This document shows, in pieces, positions 1 to 12,999 of a stretch of DNA of 64,000 nucleotides. The position numbers and the translations under genes were made by a program. The notes below the pieces were generated by a model. That model made no database searches. It had not been told where the DNA came from and saw only the letters and a program-made list of their open reading frames with translations. Origin of the DNA: Octopus vulgaris (lineage: Eukaryota); assembly GCA_951406725.2 (NCBI GenBank), contig OX597827.1, positions 82,026,001-82,090,000 on the forward strand. The letters run 5' to 3'. Positions within the stretch are counted from its first letter, which is position 1, and every line of letters starts with the position of its first letter.

Positions 1-883
1 CCATTTTTCCATTGAAAATAAATGAAATACGTTGTATGATTGTGAAGTTTGTTTACATCTGTTGCATGATCTTAAGATAAGGAGATACAAACACACACAC
101 ACACAACAGGCTTCTTTCAGTTTCCATCTGCCAGATACCCTCATAAACCTCTAGTTGGCTCAAGGCTCTAGTAGAAATCACTTGCTCAAGGTGTCACAGA
201 ATCCTATCATTCGTTGCCAAAATTCTGTGGGGAACATGTCTGGGCAATGGGGAAATATTTACGTTGCCTGGAGGCAGGTGAAGACTGGTGACAGGAAGGG
301 CATCCAGCTGTAAAAAATCTGCCAAAACATATTCCATCCACTCCTTGATATGTGTGTAAGTATATATATATCTATATGTATGTTTATATATGTGTATTTT
401 AAAACTTGAGTTTCATAAACAAGATACATTTAACCAGATAGTCATCAAACCCAATGTGCTACACACAGACACTAACTTGCACACATCATCATCATTATCA
501 TTATTTTACATTCATTTTCTATGCTGGCACAAGTTGGATGGTTTGACAGAATGCAACAGGTCAGCTAACGATGTCTTGCTCCAACATCCAAGTCATCACA
601 TGGCTTTTACGACCCTTCTGAATCCCAGCCACTGAGAACAGTTTCCCATGGCACTAGCACTACAGAAGTTGTCCAGTCAATAACAAGGCTAGAGATTTCT
701 CTCAGCCCCTCTATTGCTCCTACATGGTTTGGTTTACCAACATTTGGAAGGTTATACTGGGTCCTTTGTCTGTGGAGCCATTAATAGAAGGGCCAACTTG
801 TAGCTGACGTTTGATGAAAGAGCAGAAATTAAAGTACGATGGTAGAAACAACTTTATTATTATTATTGTGAGAGGATGAATAA

Positions 884-1095
884 GGTGGTGAGCTGGCTGA
901 ATTGTTAGCACCCTGGGTGAAATGCTTAGCAGTATTTCATCTGTCTCATGTTCTGAGTTCAAATTCCACCGAGGTCGACTTTGCCTTTCATCCTTTCAGG
1001 ATTTATAAAAATAACTACCAGTTGCACACTGGGGACAATGTAATCGATTTAACCCCTCCCCCAAAATGTCAAGCCTTGTGCCTTTAGTAGAAAGG
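884..1095 (+). mobile_element. tRNA-derived SINE with MetaSINE-like core. Other copies: 2005-2200(-), 5505-5690(-), 15953-16160(+), 17810-17935(+), 36435-36640(+), 53740-53890(-), 54375-54595(+), 54730-55080(-, two), 63480-63650(-)
   Basis: A-box-like ggtgagctggc, B-box gagttcaaattcc, then gaggtcgactttgcctttcatcctttc..aagtaccag, repeated many times in the window. Confidence 0.75.
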
Positions 1096-2624
1096 ATTAT
1101 GAAAGGATGGTAGTGGAGAGAGAACAGTATTAGGGAAAGGGTAATAACAGGGGGGTCGGGGAGAAGGGAGGAGGAAAAGAAACGCATTGGTAAGATGATA
1201 TAATGAACATGTTGTGTAATCCCTATCCTCCATCCAAGACATTGTTTTAATCAAGTCCTGTCTCTTCTTTATTTCTGTATCTTTTGGAGTTTGAGGATAA
1301 TTGCATTTTGTCCCCTCACCATTTCTGTGGGTTTAGTTTTGTTTGCAAATTGCTGAAAATACCACACTTGTGAGTATTCATTCACACCCTGAGTGCAATG
1401 ACAGTATGGTCTCGTAAAGAAGTGCTTCTTTGCACCTCTTTAATGGATGATGGTGATTACACAGCATTAATTGTACCATCTCACCAATGTACGATGAATG
1501 TAAAAATGGGTCGAAACAATTGTAGTGGTTTTCAATCATGAATGTTGTTCTCTCTATTTTCTGTAATTTATCTATTTATATAAACTCTACAGATACTGTG
1601 AAATCCCTGATGCATGTCCAGTAGCTGGAGCATTTCCATGGTATGATGATATCTGGTAGCCAATAACTGTGGATGAGCTTTGTATAGTATTCTACAAGGG
1701 TTTTACCCAAATATTACTTGTATATGTGTATATATATATAAATAAAGAAACATCTAGACAAACTAACACATACACAACCCACGGCACACAATGAACCATG
1801 CACACTGACAGACAATACTCTGCTCAATCACACTCCTATCAAACCCTATTTAGTTTACTCTTTACTCTTTATTCTCTACTTCTGCTCAGTCAGCAGCTAA
1901 ACTTGTAAACCAATATTTTTGGAGTTTGATGATAATTGCATCTTCTCACCAAGATTGTCATTTTTTATTTTGTTCCTGTAAATGTGTATGTGTGCATATA
2001 AGTTTCAAATTTTGGCACAAGGCCAGCAATTTCGAAGGGGAGAAGGTGTAAGTTAATTATATCAACCCCAATACTTGACTGGTACTTATTTGATCAACCC
2101 CAGATGGATGAAAGGCAAAGTCAACCTTGGTGGAATTTGAACTCAGAACGTACAGGTGAACGAAATGCTGCTCTGCATTTTACCTGATGTGCTAACGATT
2201 GTACCTGCTCACCAACTTACAGATAAATATATATTAATGTAAATCTGCATTTGGGTAAGTATATTGATGTATATTATATATATGTGATGTTGCACATTGC
2301 ATTAACAGGTATGAAACTGTCTTATATTTGTTTACCACCATCACACACACACAGATGCGCACACCTGTGTACACATATGCACATACACACACACAAAGTA
2401 TAAAGTATGTTCATGGTGTTGTGATGGCTCGTATGATGTGAAATGATGTGTGAAATATTGAAACATTAATTGTAGATAAATATCTACGTTTTATGCTCAA
2501 AAAAGTGATATGAGAATCACAGCATGAACCTTTGTTTTTACTTTGCCAACTTTTGTAACATTCTTTCTATTTTTGTTTTTCTGTCGTTCCAGAAGACCTT
2601 CCTTCATTGACCAATTTTTTAGTG

Positions 2625-5030
2625 ATGAAGAGAATAAAAAGACAAGATGTCCTTCACACAGCGGCAATACTTTCCTTGGTTCTTCACTGCTGCCTCTGTG
2701 TAGACATTACCTACCATGTGGAAGAAGGGAAGGGACCTGGAGCGTATGTGGGAGACATCGCTACAGACTTACACTTGATGGACAAAATACCATTCCAAGA
2801 TCACAATCTTATAACGTTCAGCCAGTTGGAACAAAGACTGTCAGACAGTTTCCGCTTGTTCAATGTGACCAAGAAAGGTAAACTGCACACAGCACAATCG
2901 CTAGATGCTGAGTCCCTGTGTTCATATAAAATGGAATGTTCCAAAATAGTCAAAGTGGCAGTTCGAAAAGCTGAAACTTTTATGAAAGTACTGAAGATTA
3001 AAGTTGTTATACAAGATGTTAATGATAACCGACCAGAATTTCCTGAAAAGTTTGCCAACATCCAGTTCTCTGAAGGGGACAAGGAAGGAATGTTGAAAGC
3101 TATTCCAAATGCTATAGATAGGGATGTTGGGGTTCGTAACTCCAAGATTACATACCAATTAGAAACCAAAGACAAGGCACCATTTATGTTGTCGGTAAAG
3201 AAAAGAATAACAGGAAGTTCCAAACTTGGTATTGTCCTCACCAAAAGTCTTGATCGGGAAACAAAAGACTCATACAATCTACAAGTAATTGCCAAAGATG
3301 GCGGTTACCCTCCAAATCAGGGCTTGCTAAATATCCATGTCTCTATTGTTGATGATAACGACAACTTCCCAATATTCAGTAAAGATATTTACAATGTTTC
3401 CATAAGAAATGCACTTCAAAGGGATAAACCCATTATCACATTGTCTGCCAAAGATTTAGATTCCGGAGAGAATGGTCGTGTCACATACCATTTCAGCTCC
3501 GAAACATCAGCTTATACTAAATCCCATTTCTGGTTAAATAATGTCACTGGCGAGATTTTCATTGCAAAGAATTTATCATCAGAACGAAAGAAAAATTACA
3601 AACTGTTGATCGAAGCCAGAGATGGCAGCAGTTCCCCTCTCAGTTCCACAGCCATTGTTCTGGTCAATGTGATCAATCAACATAATAACCCACCTGTAAT
3701 TGATGTGAATTTTGTCACTGAGCTGAGAGAGAACACTGCTACCATTTCTGAAGGGATCAAAGTCGGCAGTTTCATAGCTTATGTCAGTGTTATTGACAAT
3801 GATGTTGGACAGAATGGTGAGGTGGAATGTAGCCTACACCACGATAAGTTCCTTCTTTTAGATTTAGGATCAAAAGAATATAAAATTACGTTAAAGAAAC
3901 CTGTTGACAGAGAGAAACAAGATAGGTATGACATAACAATTTCTTGCGAAGACAAAGGATCCCCTCCTTTACAGACTCAGAGACAGTTCTCCATTGAAGT
4001 TATGGATGTCAACGATGTACAGCCACAATTTACAAAAGAATCGTTTAAGTTTCTGACTTATGAAAATGGGAAAACAAACTTCCCCATTGGTTTTATAAAT
4101 GCTACTGACCCCGATTTGAGAGCTGGAGGTCAACTGACTTTTTCTCTGTTGAGTACCAGCAAACATGTGATACCATTCCAGATAACTGATTATGGTTTTA
4201 TCTCAACCACTATACCACTGGATAGAGAACAACAAAATGTTTATAAGTTCCAAGTATTTGTCAAAGACAACGGGAATCCTTCATTAAATAACACAGCCAA
4301 TGTGATTGTAGAAGTTTTAGATGAGAATGATAATGCCCCTTATTTTACCTTCCCTAGTATGGACCCATTTAGATTTGATGTTAGCTATCATCCCCAAAGT
4401 AAAAAAGAGATCACTGTATTAAGGGCTTCAGACAGGGACAGTCATTTAAATGCTTTCTTGCGATACGAAATCGTTGGTGGCAATAACAAACAGTTATTTT
4501 CAATAAACCCTTATTCGGGAGTTCTGTCTTATGCACGGACAGTTTACCAAAATGATGCTGGCACGTACAGACTTGAGTTTCTTGTGAAAGACAGTGGCAC
4601 ACCAGCTCTGACAGCCACCACCACCATCATTCTAACACTGAGTGTCAGTAATAAGACTTCGGTGTCGAATAACTTCCAGCCCTCCTCTGACAACATGATC
4701 AATCTTACATGGTTCATAATCATTGTAGCCATTGCTGTAATCCTCTCCGTCATCCTTGTAGTTTCCATCACACTCTGTTTTGTCCGCTGTAACAATGACA
4801 GACACGGCTCTCCAAGGGCTGGTGTCAGTACAGCAATCCCATCGGACAGGGAGAAAAGTCATTACATAACTCAGACGAAGAAACCTGTCCCCACATCAGG
4901 TCATTCGGCTGAGGTGAGTCGACGAAATACTCAGGTGATCGAATCGAAAGCCGAGTTCTACCCACAATACGAGTCACAGAGTGAGTGGATAACATCGACC
5001 ACAGAACGGAGACCTCCTTCTGTCTTGTTG
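2625..5030 (+). CDS. PCDH: Protocadherin, large coding exon (signal peptide, EC1-EC6, transmembrane helix, proximal cytoplasmic tail); continues in downstream exon(s)
   Basis: Within ORF 2607-5177. Hydrophobic signal peptide after ATG 2625 (AAILSLVLHCCLC). Cadherin motifs DVNDNRPEF, DRDVG, LDRE, AKDGG, DDNDNFPIF, DLDSGENG, VDRE, DVNDVQPQF, LDRE, DENDNAPYF. EC1 has a C-x5-C motif (LCSYKMEC). TM segment WFIIIVAIAVILSVILVVSITLCFV. Polypyrimidine tract plus AG at 2591-2592 upstream; phase-0 donor TTG|GTAAGT at 5031. Symbol is family-level only. Confidence 0.95.
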
Positions 5031-7544
5031 GTAAGTCTCTCTCTCCTCTCTCTCTCTTTTCTCTCCTCTTCCTTTTTAATTTCACTCTCTACATTTCACA
5101 CTGTGGTTCCACTCTTAGCTACATACATACATGCACACACACACACACACATCGAGATACTTTCCAATCCTCGATGAGGGTTTGTCTCTGGAAAGTATGG
5201 CCAATGTAAGATCCAACAACAAATATATCTTCACAGGAAAAACTCTGACTGTATTACATTTACTGTCCTCTACACCAGGTAAACTTAGCCACCAGATTAC
5301 ATAAAATGTTCACCACATCTGGTACACCAGCCATCACATCTCTTACCTCTCCTTCACAGCCTGTCAATTACCCATCCAACAGGGTTTAGACCCAATGTTT
5401 CATCTTTAAACTTTAATCACCGTCATCATCATCAATGTCATTGTTTCAACACAAATCTGTTAGTGATGACATGGTTTATAACTTGTATCATTATTGGTTT
5501 CACTTTTTGGCACAAGGCCAGCAATTTCAGGGAATGGTGTTGGGTAGTCAGTTTTATCATCCTCACTGCTCAACTGGTATTTTTTTAATTATTGATCCTG
5601 ACAGGATGAAAGACAAAGTCGACCCCAGTAGAATTTGAACTTAGAAACTAAGGACAAAATGCTGCGCATTTTGCCTGACATGGTGAAAATTCTTATGGCT
5701 CTGTGCCTTAACCGATTTCAATATTAACACATTGGTCTTCAAGTCTAAGTTATTGTCACACCTGAAGATCCTGTATTGTCTTATTTGTGAGGTACAACAT
5801 CCTGAGGTCTAACTACATCATCCTTTCTTGTGTAGTTCAGTCTCTTTCATTGCCATATACACAACCTCTGGATCAATTCATGACTCAACACTCAACACCA
5901 TTCATCCTGTCCATGTCTGCATCTTCAAGGACATCTCTCTGACTGCTGATGGCTTTAAAATTTCATCATTCTCTCAGTTTATTTCTACAAAAGCAGTCAC
6001 ATTTCTCACCACCATGTTGCTTAATATTACACTTACAACAAATTACACCGCATGTCTTTCCATGTACTACAGATCTTCCACATGCCATCCTCCATGTAGC
6101 ATTCCATACCTCACTACCATGATTTTCATACAAAAATTCTTTGTTGCAAACAGATGACAAACCCCTAAACTTCTCCTCAACTTCTTTAATCACTAAATAC
6201 ATCAATGTCTTAATTACATCTCCCAGTAAACAGGAACCAGATTCCGAAGAACGTCCTTTTATAGGTCTACCCTTGTCTCAGCATTTACCATTTCTCTCTA
6301 CGGAGCATATACATATATATCATGTGACCACATGACCAACCAGACTGCCAGATGATGTTACATATCGCTGGTTACAATACGCTTTTTGCATTGCTTCAGC
6401 CTTCAAATGACGTGACCCTGCTGACTATGTGAGCAGGCCAACATCTGCTACTGACAGAAAGGGGGACGGGAGCAATGAGAAATGAACGCTGCCCAGTCAG
6501 GGAATCAAACCCACAGTCTGGTGCTTATGAATGCAACAGCCTAACCACTGGGCCACAAAAGCACACACATACACGCACATATATATACACACACACATAT
6601 CTACTCCCAATCAACCACTGAGCCCCACTCTACTGGTTCTGCATCACTGACTAGACAATATTCATGTTTTACCTTATCCATTCCTGTACGTTATAGAAAA
6701 GGCACCTCCTATGTAAATGACCCCCTGTGATATTTAGGGGGGTTCACTAATGACTGCTGCATCAGAAGTTGTTGAAATAGACAACAAAGTAATAGAATTT
6801 TCATGTAAACTTTTTTTTAAAGACACATGGAAACCTTTTGCAGTTTTATGCAATATGTTTGTCGTCAGTGAAAGCAGGTGACTAACAGGACTGGTTTCAG
6901 TTCCATGTTGAGGTAACACAGTCACCCTTGTATGATATAGAATAACATTGAGACAAGAAGACACTGTTAATACAAGAGTAATTTAGTAACCAAACTAGCT
7001 ACAAAATGTGCATATTGCGTACGCATACATTCCTTTATGTACATATGATGGGAATAGGATAAGGGGAACTTGTCTCTTGTTTTAGTTTGCAGCTTCTGTC
7101 TTTCTGGTTTGTGCGGCTGAAGAGGAGACAACCACTCCGAACGCATGTATCCCCCAATCTGGATATGGACACTGTGAGAAATTGTCACCATCACAAAATA
7201 CAATGGTTTGAATATGCTTCAAGCATATTTGAACTGGTAACAAATTTGTATTTTTATACATACATACACACATACATACATACATACATGTGTACATACA
7301 TACATTCATATATTTGTATGAATGTGTGATATATCACAAGGTAAGGTTTGTATAGTATATTAAAAATATATTGTATGTGGTACAAGCATTATCTGGTACA
7401 GAACGCAATATACAAGACTGAATGGATTCTATTCTGTGATTATGGGAAAATTTGGATCCTATTCTGTGATATGCTTCTGTCCGAGAGGAAACTCAAAGTT
7501 GACTGCTACTTTTAATATGAACACATGAACACACATATGAGTGA

Positions 7545-7695
7545 GTGTGTATGTGTGTGTGTATATATACATGTATATATATATAAACACACAGACACAC
7601 ATATATACATATATATATCTTTACATACATATACACACACACATATACACACACACATATACACACACACACATACACACACACACATACACACA

Positions 7696-7760
<65 letters not shown>

Positions 7761-7967
7761 ACACACACATACACACACACACATGCACACACACACATAC
7801 ACACACACACATATACACACACACATATACACACACACATATACACACACACATATACACACACACATATACACACACACATATACACACACATATATAC
7901 ACACACATATATACACACACATATATACACACACATATACACACACATATACACACACACATACACA

Positions 7968-8015
<48 letters not shown>

Positions 8016-8160
8016 TATACACACACACATATACACACACATATACACACACATATACACACACATATACACACACATATACACACACATATACACACAT
8101 ATATATACACACATATATATACACACATATATATACACATATATATATACACATATATAT

Positions 8161-8210
<50 letters not shown>
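7545..8210. repeat. Compound (CA)n/(TA)n microsatellite
   Basis: Direct reading; source of the HTHT, CVCV and IYIY pseudo-ORFs. Confidence 0.95.
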
Positions 8211-8214
<4 letters not shown>

Positions 8215-8216
8215 TT

Positions 8217-8294
8217 TATAGAAGGAGCTTCTACAGGACTAGAACTGTTTCATTCAAATGAAACAGTTCTAGTCCTGTAGAAGTTCCTTCTATA
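8217..8294. repeat. Near-perfect 78-bp palindrome/hairpin
   Basis: tatagaaggagcttctacaggactagaactgtttcat-tcaa-atgaaacagttctagtcctgtagaagttccttctata; one G-T pair. Confidence 0.9.
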
Positions 8295-8351
8295 CTCTGC
8301 TATGTATTGAGTACCTTATTTACTGTGGTTAACCCCGACTCAACCCGGGAC

Positions 8352-8382
<31 letters not shown>

Positions 8383-8559
8383 ATGGCTGCCTCTTCGTTA
8401 TCGAGTATGGCCATTGCACGATGCTTAACTGTTACTGGTGCTGTGATCGAATATGACTTTTTAACCCATATATATATATATATATATATATACATACATA
8501 TCTCTCTCTCTATATATATATATATATACATATATACAACTTAGAAAGGTTTTGGCCAT

Positions 8560-9195
8560 TATTGGCCCAGGCCATGTCTAACTTAATAGCACCACCTGGC
8601 GAAGTCTTTCAATTCAGCATTTGGGCACCGAGGCCCATTCGAGCAGAGAGTTATTGTTTGCGGAGACATATCCGGGTGTGGGTGGTTTGTCCGGGACTGT
8701 TTGAAGGAATTTGTCCAAAGACTTCTTGAATTTTGTGTGGTCAGTTTCTGTTTTGACGTGTCCTGGTGTAATGTTGAAGAGGGCGGGTCCAATTGAGATG
8801 AAATAATTGTGCCGTACTGTCGTTATGTGATGCGATTTAGATCTTTGTTGTGGACGGATGGCACGTGGTCCAAGCCTTGGATGTATTTTGAAGGTGATGC
8901 CAACATCATTCGGACAGCTGATGGAATATTTTCCACATCATACAGATAATGTAGCGTTCACGGCGTCGTTGGAGTGAATACAGTTTCAGTTTCTCTAGTC
9001 TACCCCAGTAGTCAAGGTCTGACATGCCATCTATCTTTTTTGTGATTGACCTTTGAGGAGCTTCAATTCTCATAATATTTTGTTTTGTGTAGGGAGTCTA
9101 CAGTGGACAGCAGTATTCAAGGTGGGGTCGGGCAAAAGTGGAGAAGAGGAGGATCATGGTGTGGGAATCTCTCGACTGGAAGGTTCTGAGAATCA
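8560..9195 (-). mobile_element. CR1/L2-group LINE 3' fragment
   Basis: [19 protein letters not shown]...[34 protein letters not shown], the RT C-terminal region of the CR1 group. Confidence 0.75.
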
Positions 9196-9236
9196 TACAT
9201 ATATACATACATATATATATATACATATATACATAC

Positions 9237-9269
<33 letters not shown>

Positions 9270-9369
9270 CATATATATATAAATATATACATATATATAT
9301 AAATACATATATATATACATATATACACATATATACACATATATACACATATATACATATATATACATA

Positions 9370-9888
9370 TGGTGGCTGCCCCCTTGTTATTGAGTATGGC
9401 CATTGCACAAAGCTTAATCAATGTTGTTATCGTGCAATGCCTGTGCACTGAGTCAATCCCACTCACTAAGCAACAGCAGCCATAATCCAAAAAGAAGAAC
9501 AAGTCAACATCATCGGTAACCACTGAGCTGCAGGTTTTATGTCGGAGTTATCCCAGTTACCTGAGTTACCTTCTCCTAGAAGGATGCCCTAACAAAGGCT
9601 AGAAGTCCTTCACTCCCAATGGTTTAACCGCGCGATCGCGTAATCAGTCCGATTATTTCTATGTCCCCGTGCATGACATAGCCTTAAGACAGTTATTGGA
9701 TGGCCGTTGACTCTCAAGAGTTCCTCCGCCCTTTGATGGGTTTTGTTTTTCCTCCCGCAGGGTGTCCAATAAACACCCTCTTTATCAAGCAAGCTTGGTG
9801 GGGTTGCCGGTTTAGTCGCCGACGACCCGACCATGCAACAGGTTGTACTGGGTTACATGTTACCAGTAGCACTCGAAAGTGACCTGAC
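9370..9888. mobile_element. Unclassified interspersed repeat (GC-richer island in microsatellite); its left end recurs at 8385-8440
   Basis: GGCTGCC..GTTAT(C/T)GAGTATGGCCATTGCAC occurs at about 8385 and 9374, each directly after a TA-rich tract. Confidence 0.4.
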
Positions 9889-10399
9889 ATATGCATATAC
9901 ATACATACACATATATACACATATATACATATATGCACATATATGCCTATATGTACATATATGCACATATATACATATATATACATATATATATACATAT
10001 ATACACATATATATACATATATACAAATATATACATATATATACATACATACATATATATACATACATACATATATATACATACATACATATATATACAT
10101 ATATATACATATAAATACATATATATACATATATATACATATATACATATAAATACATATATATATATATATATACATATAAATTCATATATATATATAT
10201 ATACATATAAATACATATATATATATGCATATATATATATGTATTTATATATATATATATACACACACATGTTGAAGGCTTCGTTGGTTCTAGGGTTATG
10301 TGTGGAGATATAGACATAGACATATATATATATATACATACACACATATATATATAAACACACAAACATATATACATATACACATATAAATACACACAC

Positions 10400-10432
<33 letters not shown>

Positions 10433-10452
10433 TATATATATACACACACACA
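9888..10452. repeat. Compound (TA)/(TACA) microsatellite
   Basis: Direct reading. Confidence 0.9.
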
Positions 10453-12100
10453 TGTTGAATGCCTCATTGGTTGTAGGTTTATGTGTGGAGATGTACGTGA
10501 GTGATTTTAAGTCTGGTTTAGTATTTCGGTTGACTTTCCTTAATGTTCGTCTATCCATTTCCTTAGCTCGTTTAATGCCATCATTTATTAATGATTTTGA
10601 TCAACAAGTCTTCATTCACAAGTATAGGTGTCTGAAAGTATGGCACAGATTCTTTTCACTAGATTATAAGGTATATTAATTTTTATGTGTTTGGGGTGGC
10701 ATGAGTTGAATTAAAGGTATTGTTTAGAATCTGTGGGTTTATAGAAGAAGTCTGTTTCAATGTGGTTATTGACTATTTCAGTTAGGATGTCAAGAAAAGG
10801 GAGTTGTTTACTGCTGTGCTCCATGGTGAATTGTTAATATTGTTAAGCATTATTTTGAAATCAAAGTGTTTGTCCATGCTGTCTTTCCAAAGTATAAAGC
10901 AATCGTCTAAATACCTCTACCAGTCCTCCTTTAAACAGCAATGAAATGAGGTGCGATATTTTTGTCGTGATGATTGATATATTTTAAGCTCTAGGGAACC
11001 CATTACAAGGTTCGCAATCACTGGAGCAGCTCGGGTTCTCTTTGCAATCCTGCATTTTTGTTGATAGTAAACTGTATCAAACATGAAATAGTTGTTCAGT
11101 TGGATGAATTTGAGTGCTTCGATTATGAATCTGTGGTTGATGCATCCTGGGATCTCTTCTGGGTATTTTTCTAGCCAGAAGGTGATTGCTTCTATACCAT
11201 AATCGTGTGGGATATTGGTGTACAAATTCTCCATCGAATGATACTAACAGGGTTCCTTCATTTATTGTCTTCAGGAGGTGGTTCAGCATATCTAAGTCAT
11301 CCCCGATGAAGCTTTTCACATATTTTAGAAACGGTTTGAGTAAGATGTCAAGGAAGTTGCTCAAATGGTGGGTTTCATAAGCAGGGATAGCAATGATGGG
11401 TCTTAGTTTGAGTCAGGAGGAGGAGGAACATTAATGCATAGGCTTGGATAAACTTTGCAAGCTTTACAAATATGTAGATTTTTGTGTATTTTAGGTAATC
11501 CGTAGAATAGACTAGGACTGTATTTAAAATTGGATAGTCAATTTCGTTTTTAGTGAGGCTCCTTCCATGTATTTGAAGTAAGGAGGATAAGTTTTTAAGT
11601 GTCTTCTGTGGGTTGTATTGTACTATCTTCTTATAGTAAATATTATTTTCCAGCATGGAGAGTATTAAATTTTTGTAGTACTCTGTGTCCATCATTACTG
11701 CCGCACTTCCTTTATCAGCTTCTCTAGTGGTGAGGTTTGTATCATTTTTTGACTGGATTACATTAAGGTTGGATTTAATTTGTTGTTTTCGTAGGGTATT
11801 AAAAGGAAAACTGGTAATGTGTTCACAAAAAGCATCAAATGCTTTATTTCTGCCTTTTGTAGGACAGTATTCACTTTTGTTTTTTACTATTGAGTCATCT
11901 TCGCTGATGAAGTGCTTCTGTGAGGCGTAATTTTTGGCAGAAATCCATAGTGTTATTGTTAATTTCATTCGGGTTCGATCTGCGAGAGGTTGGACTAAAC
12001 TTTAAACCTCTTGCTAGAATTTTAGTTTGTGTAATACTTAGGATTTTCTTTGATAAGTTGATTATTTTCAGTTGTTCTTGTACATTTTGTTCCATTTCAC
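10452..12100 (-). mobile_element. Penelope-like retroelement, degenerate reverse transcriptase (GIY-YIG end not seen; element may extend to about 12900)
   Basis: Frameshifted pieces: LARGLKFSPT, ADKGSAAVMMD, SNFLDILLKP, LVSFD/ENLYTNIPH, NNYFMFD..YYQQ, APVIANLVMG, RYLDD (about 10915-10900), LPFLDIL, YKPTDSKQYL..NSCHP. These are typical PLE RT motifs. Confidence 0.85.
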
Positions 12101-12999
12101 ATCTCTGTTTCTCTGATTTAGGTCTAAAAAATGGCTGTAGGAGGTGGATTGTTGTGGAAAGTCTGTATTGTGTTTGGTTTGCTGAGGAGAAAATGGGTGT
12201 AAAGTGTGTCTGTGGTAGTATGTTTGTGATGGAGTGACTGTGTAGCAGATTATGGTTGTACTGGAAGTTGTTATATTGTCTAGTTAGGTTGTGTCTAGTT
12301 GAATGATTGAAGTAACCATGTTGAGGGTTAAGTCTCGGAGGTAAATTCTTCCATTGATTGTGAGATGATGGGGGTAGATTGGTAGGTATTGGTTCCCAAA
12401 AGTTTAGGTTAGTCTGGAGGTTTCGATGGAACCTTTGATTTGTATGTAGGATGCTACATTGATCTGCATTTCATCTCTCTCCCTCTAAAACCATCTTTAT
12501 CTGACAGGTTGTGTCCTACTTCGGAAGCAGCCCCCATCTCTCTCCATGTCTTTTGGTTCTAATTTTTCTGGGGATGATTCTTCATATATTAGGGGGTGGG
12601 AGTGGGGGTAATATACTAACCCTATCAATTAATACTTTGGGTTCCTTAGTAAAGTTTAATCTGTAGCTAACATTGGGGACTCAGTGACTCACCTGATGAC
12701 CCCACTTTCTGTCTGAATCCCTGTAAAGGATCATTGGCACTCCTCTTACTAATCTCAGACTTTCTGAAGAAGTCTGTAGGCGTCAGTTTTCTACTTCTAA
12801 TTTATTCAACAAGATTTAATGAAGGGACAGTACAAAACCTAATCCCTGCCTGTATGTGTATTTACACATTATACACTCACTCTACAATAACAATACATAT
12901 GATACACAAAGGTTAGAACCATACACAACACAGCAGGTTGTAGTGTTTCTATGCCATATTACAACACACCAATCATATTTCATTTTCTTTACATATTCT

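Noticed and set aside
2607-2624. ORF-track start at 2607
   Set aside because: It is a TTG. The first ATG, followed by a signal peptide, is at 2625.
5031-5177. Read-through end of the 856-aa ORF, with an apparent second hydrophobic segment
   Set aside because: It follows a consensus GTAAGT donor and is encoded by (CT)n/(CA)n repeats, so it is intronic.
7493-8280. Long Cys/Val, His/Thr and Ile/Tyr-rich ORFs here and throughout the window
   Set aside because: They are translations of dinucleotide microsatellites.
8385-8440. Possible HDV-like ribozyme at a repeat end
   Set aside because: P1, P2 and P3 pairings could not be built.
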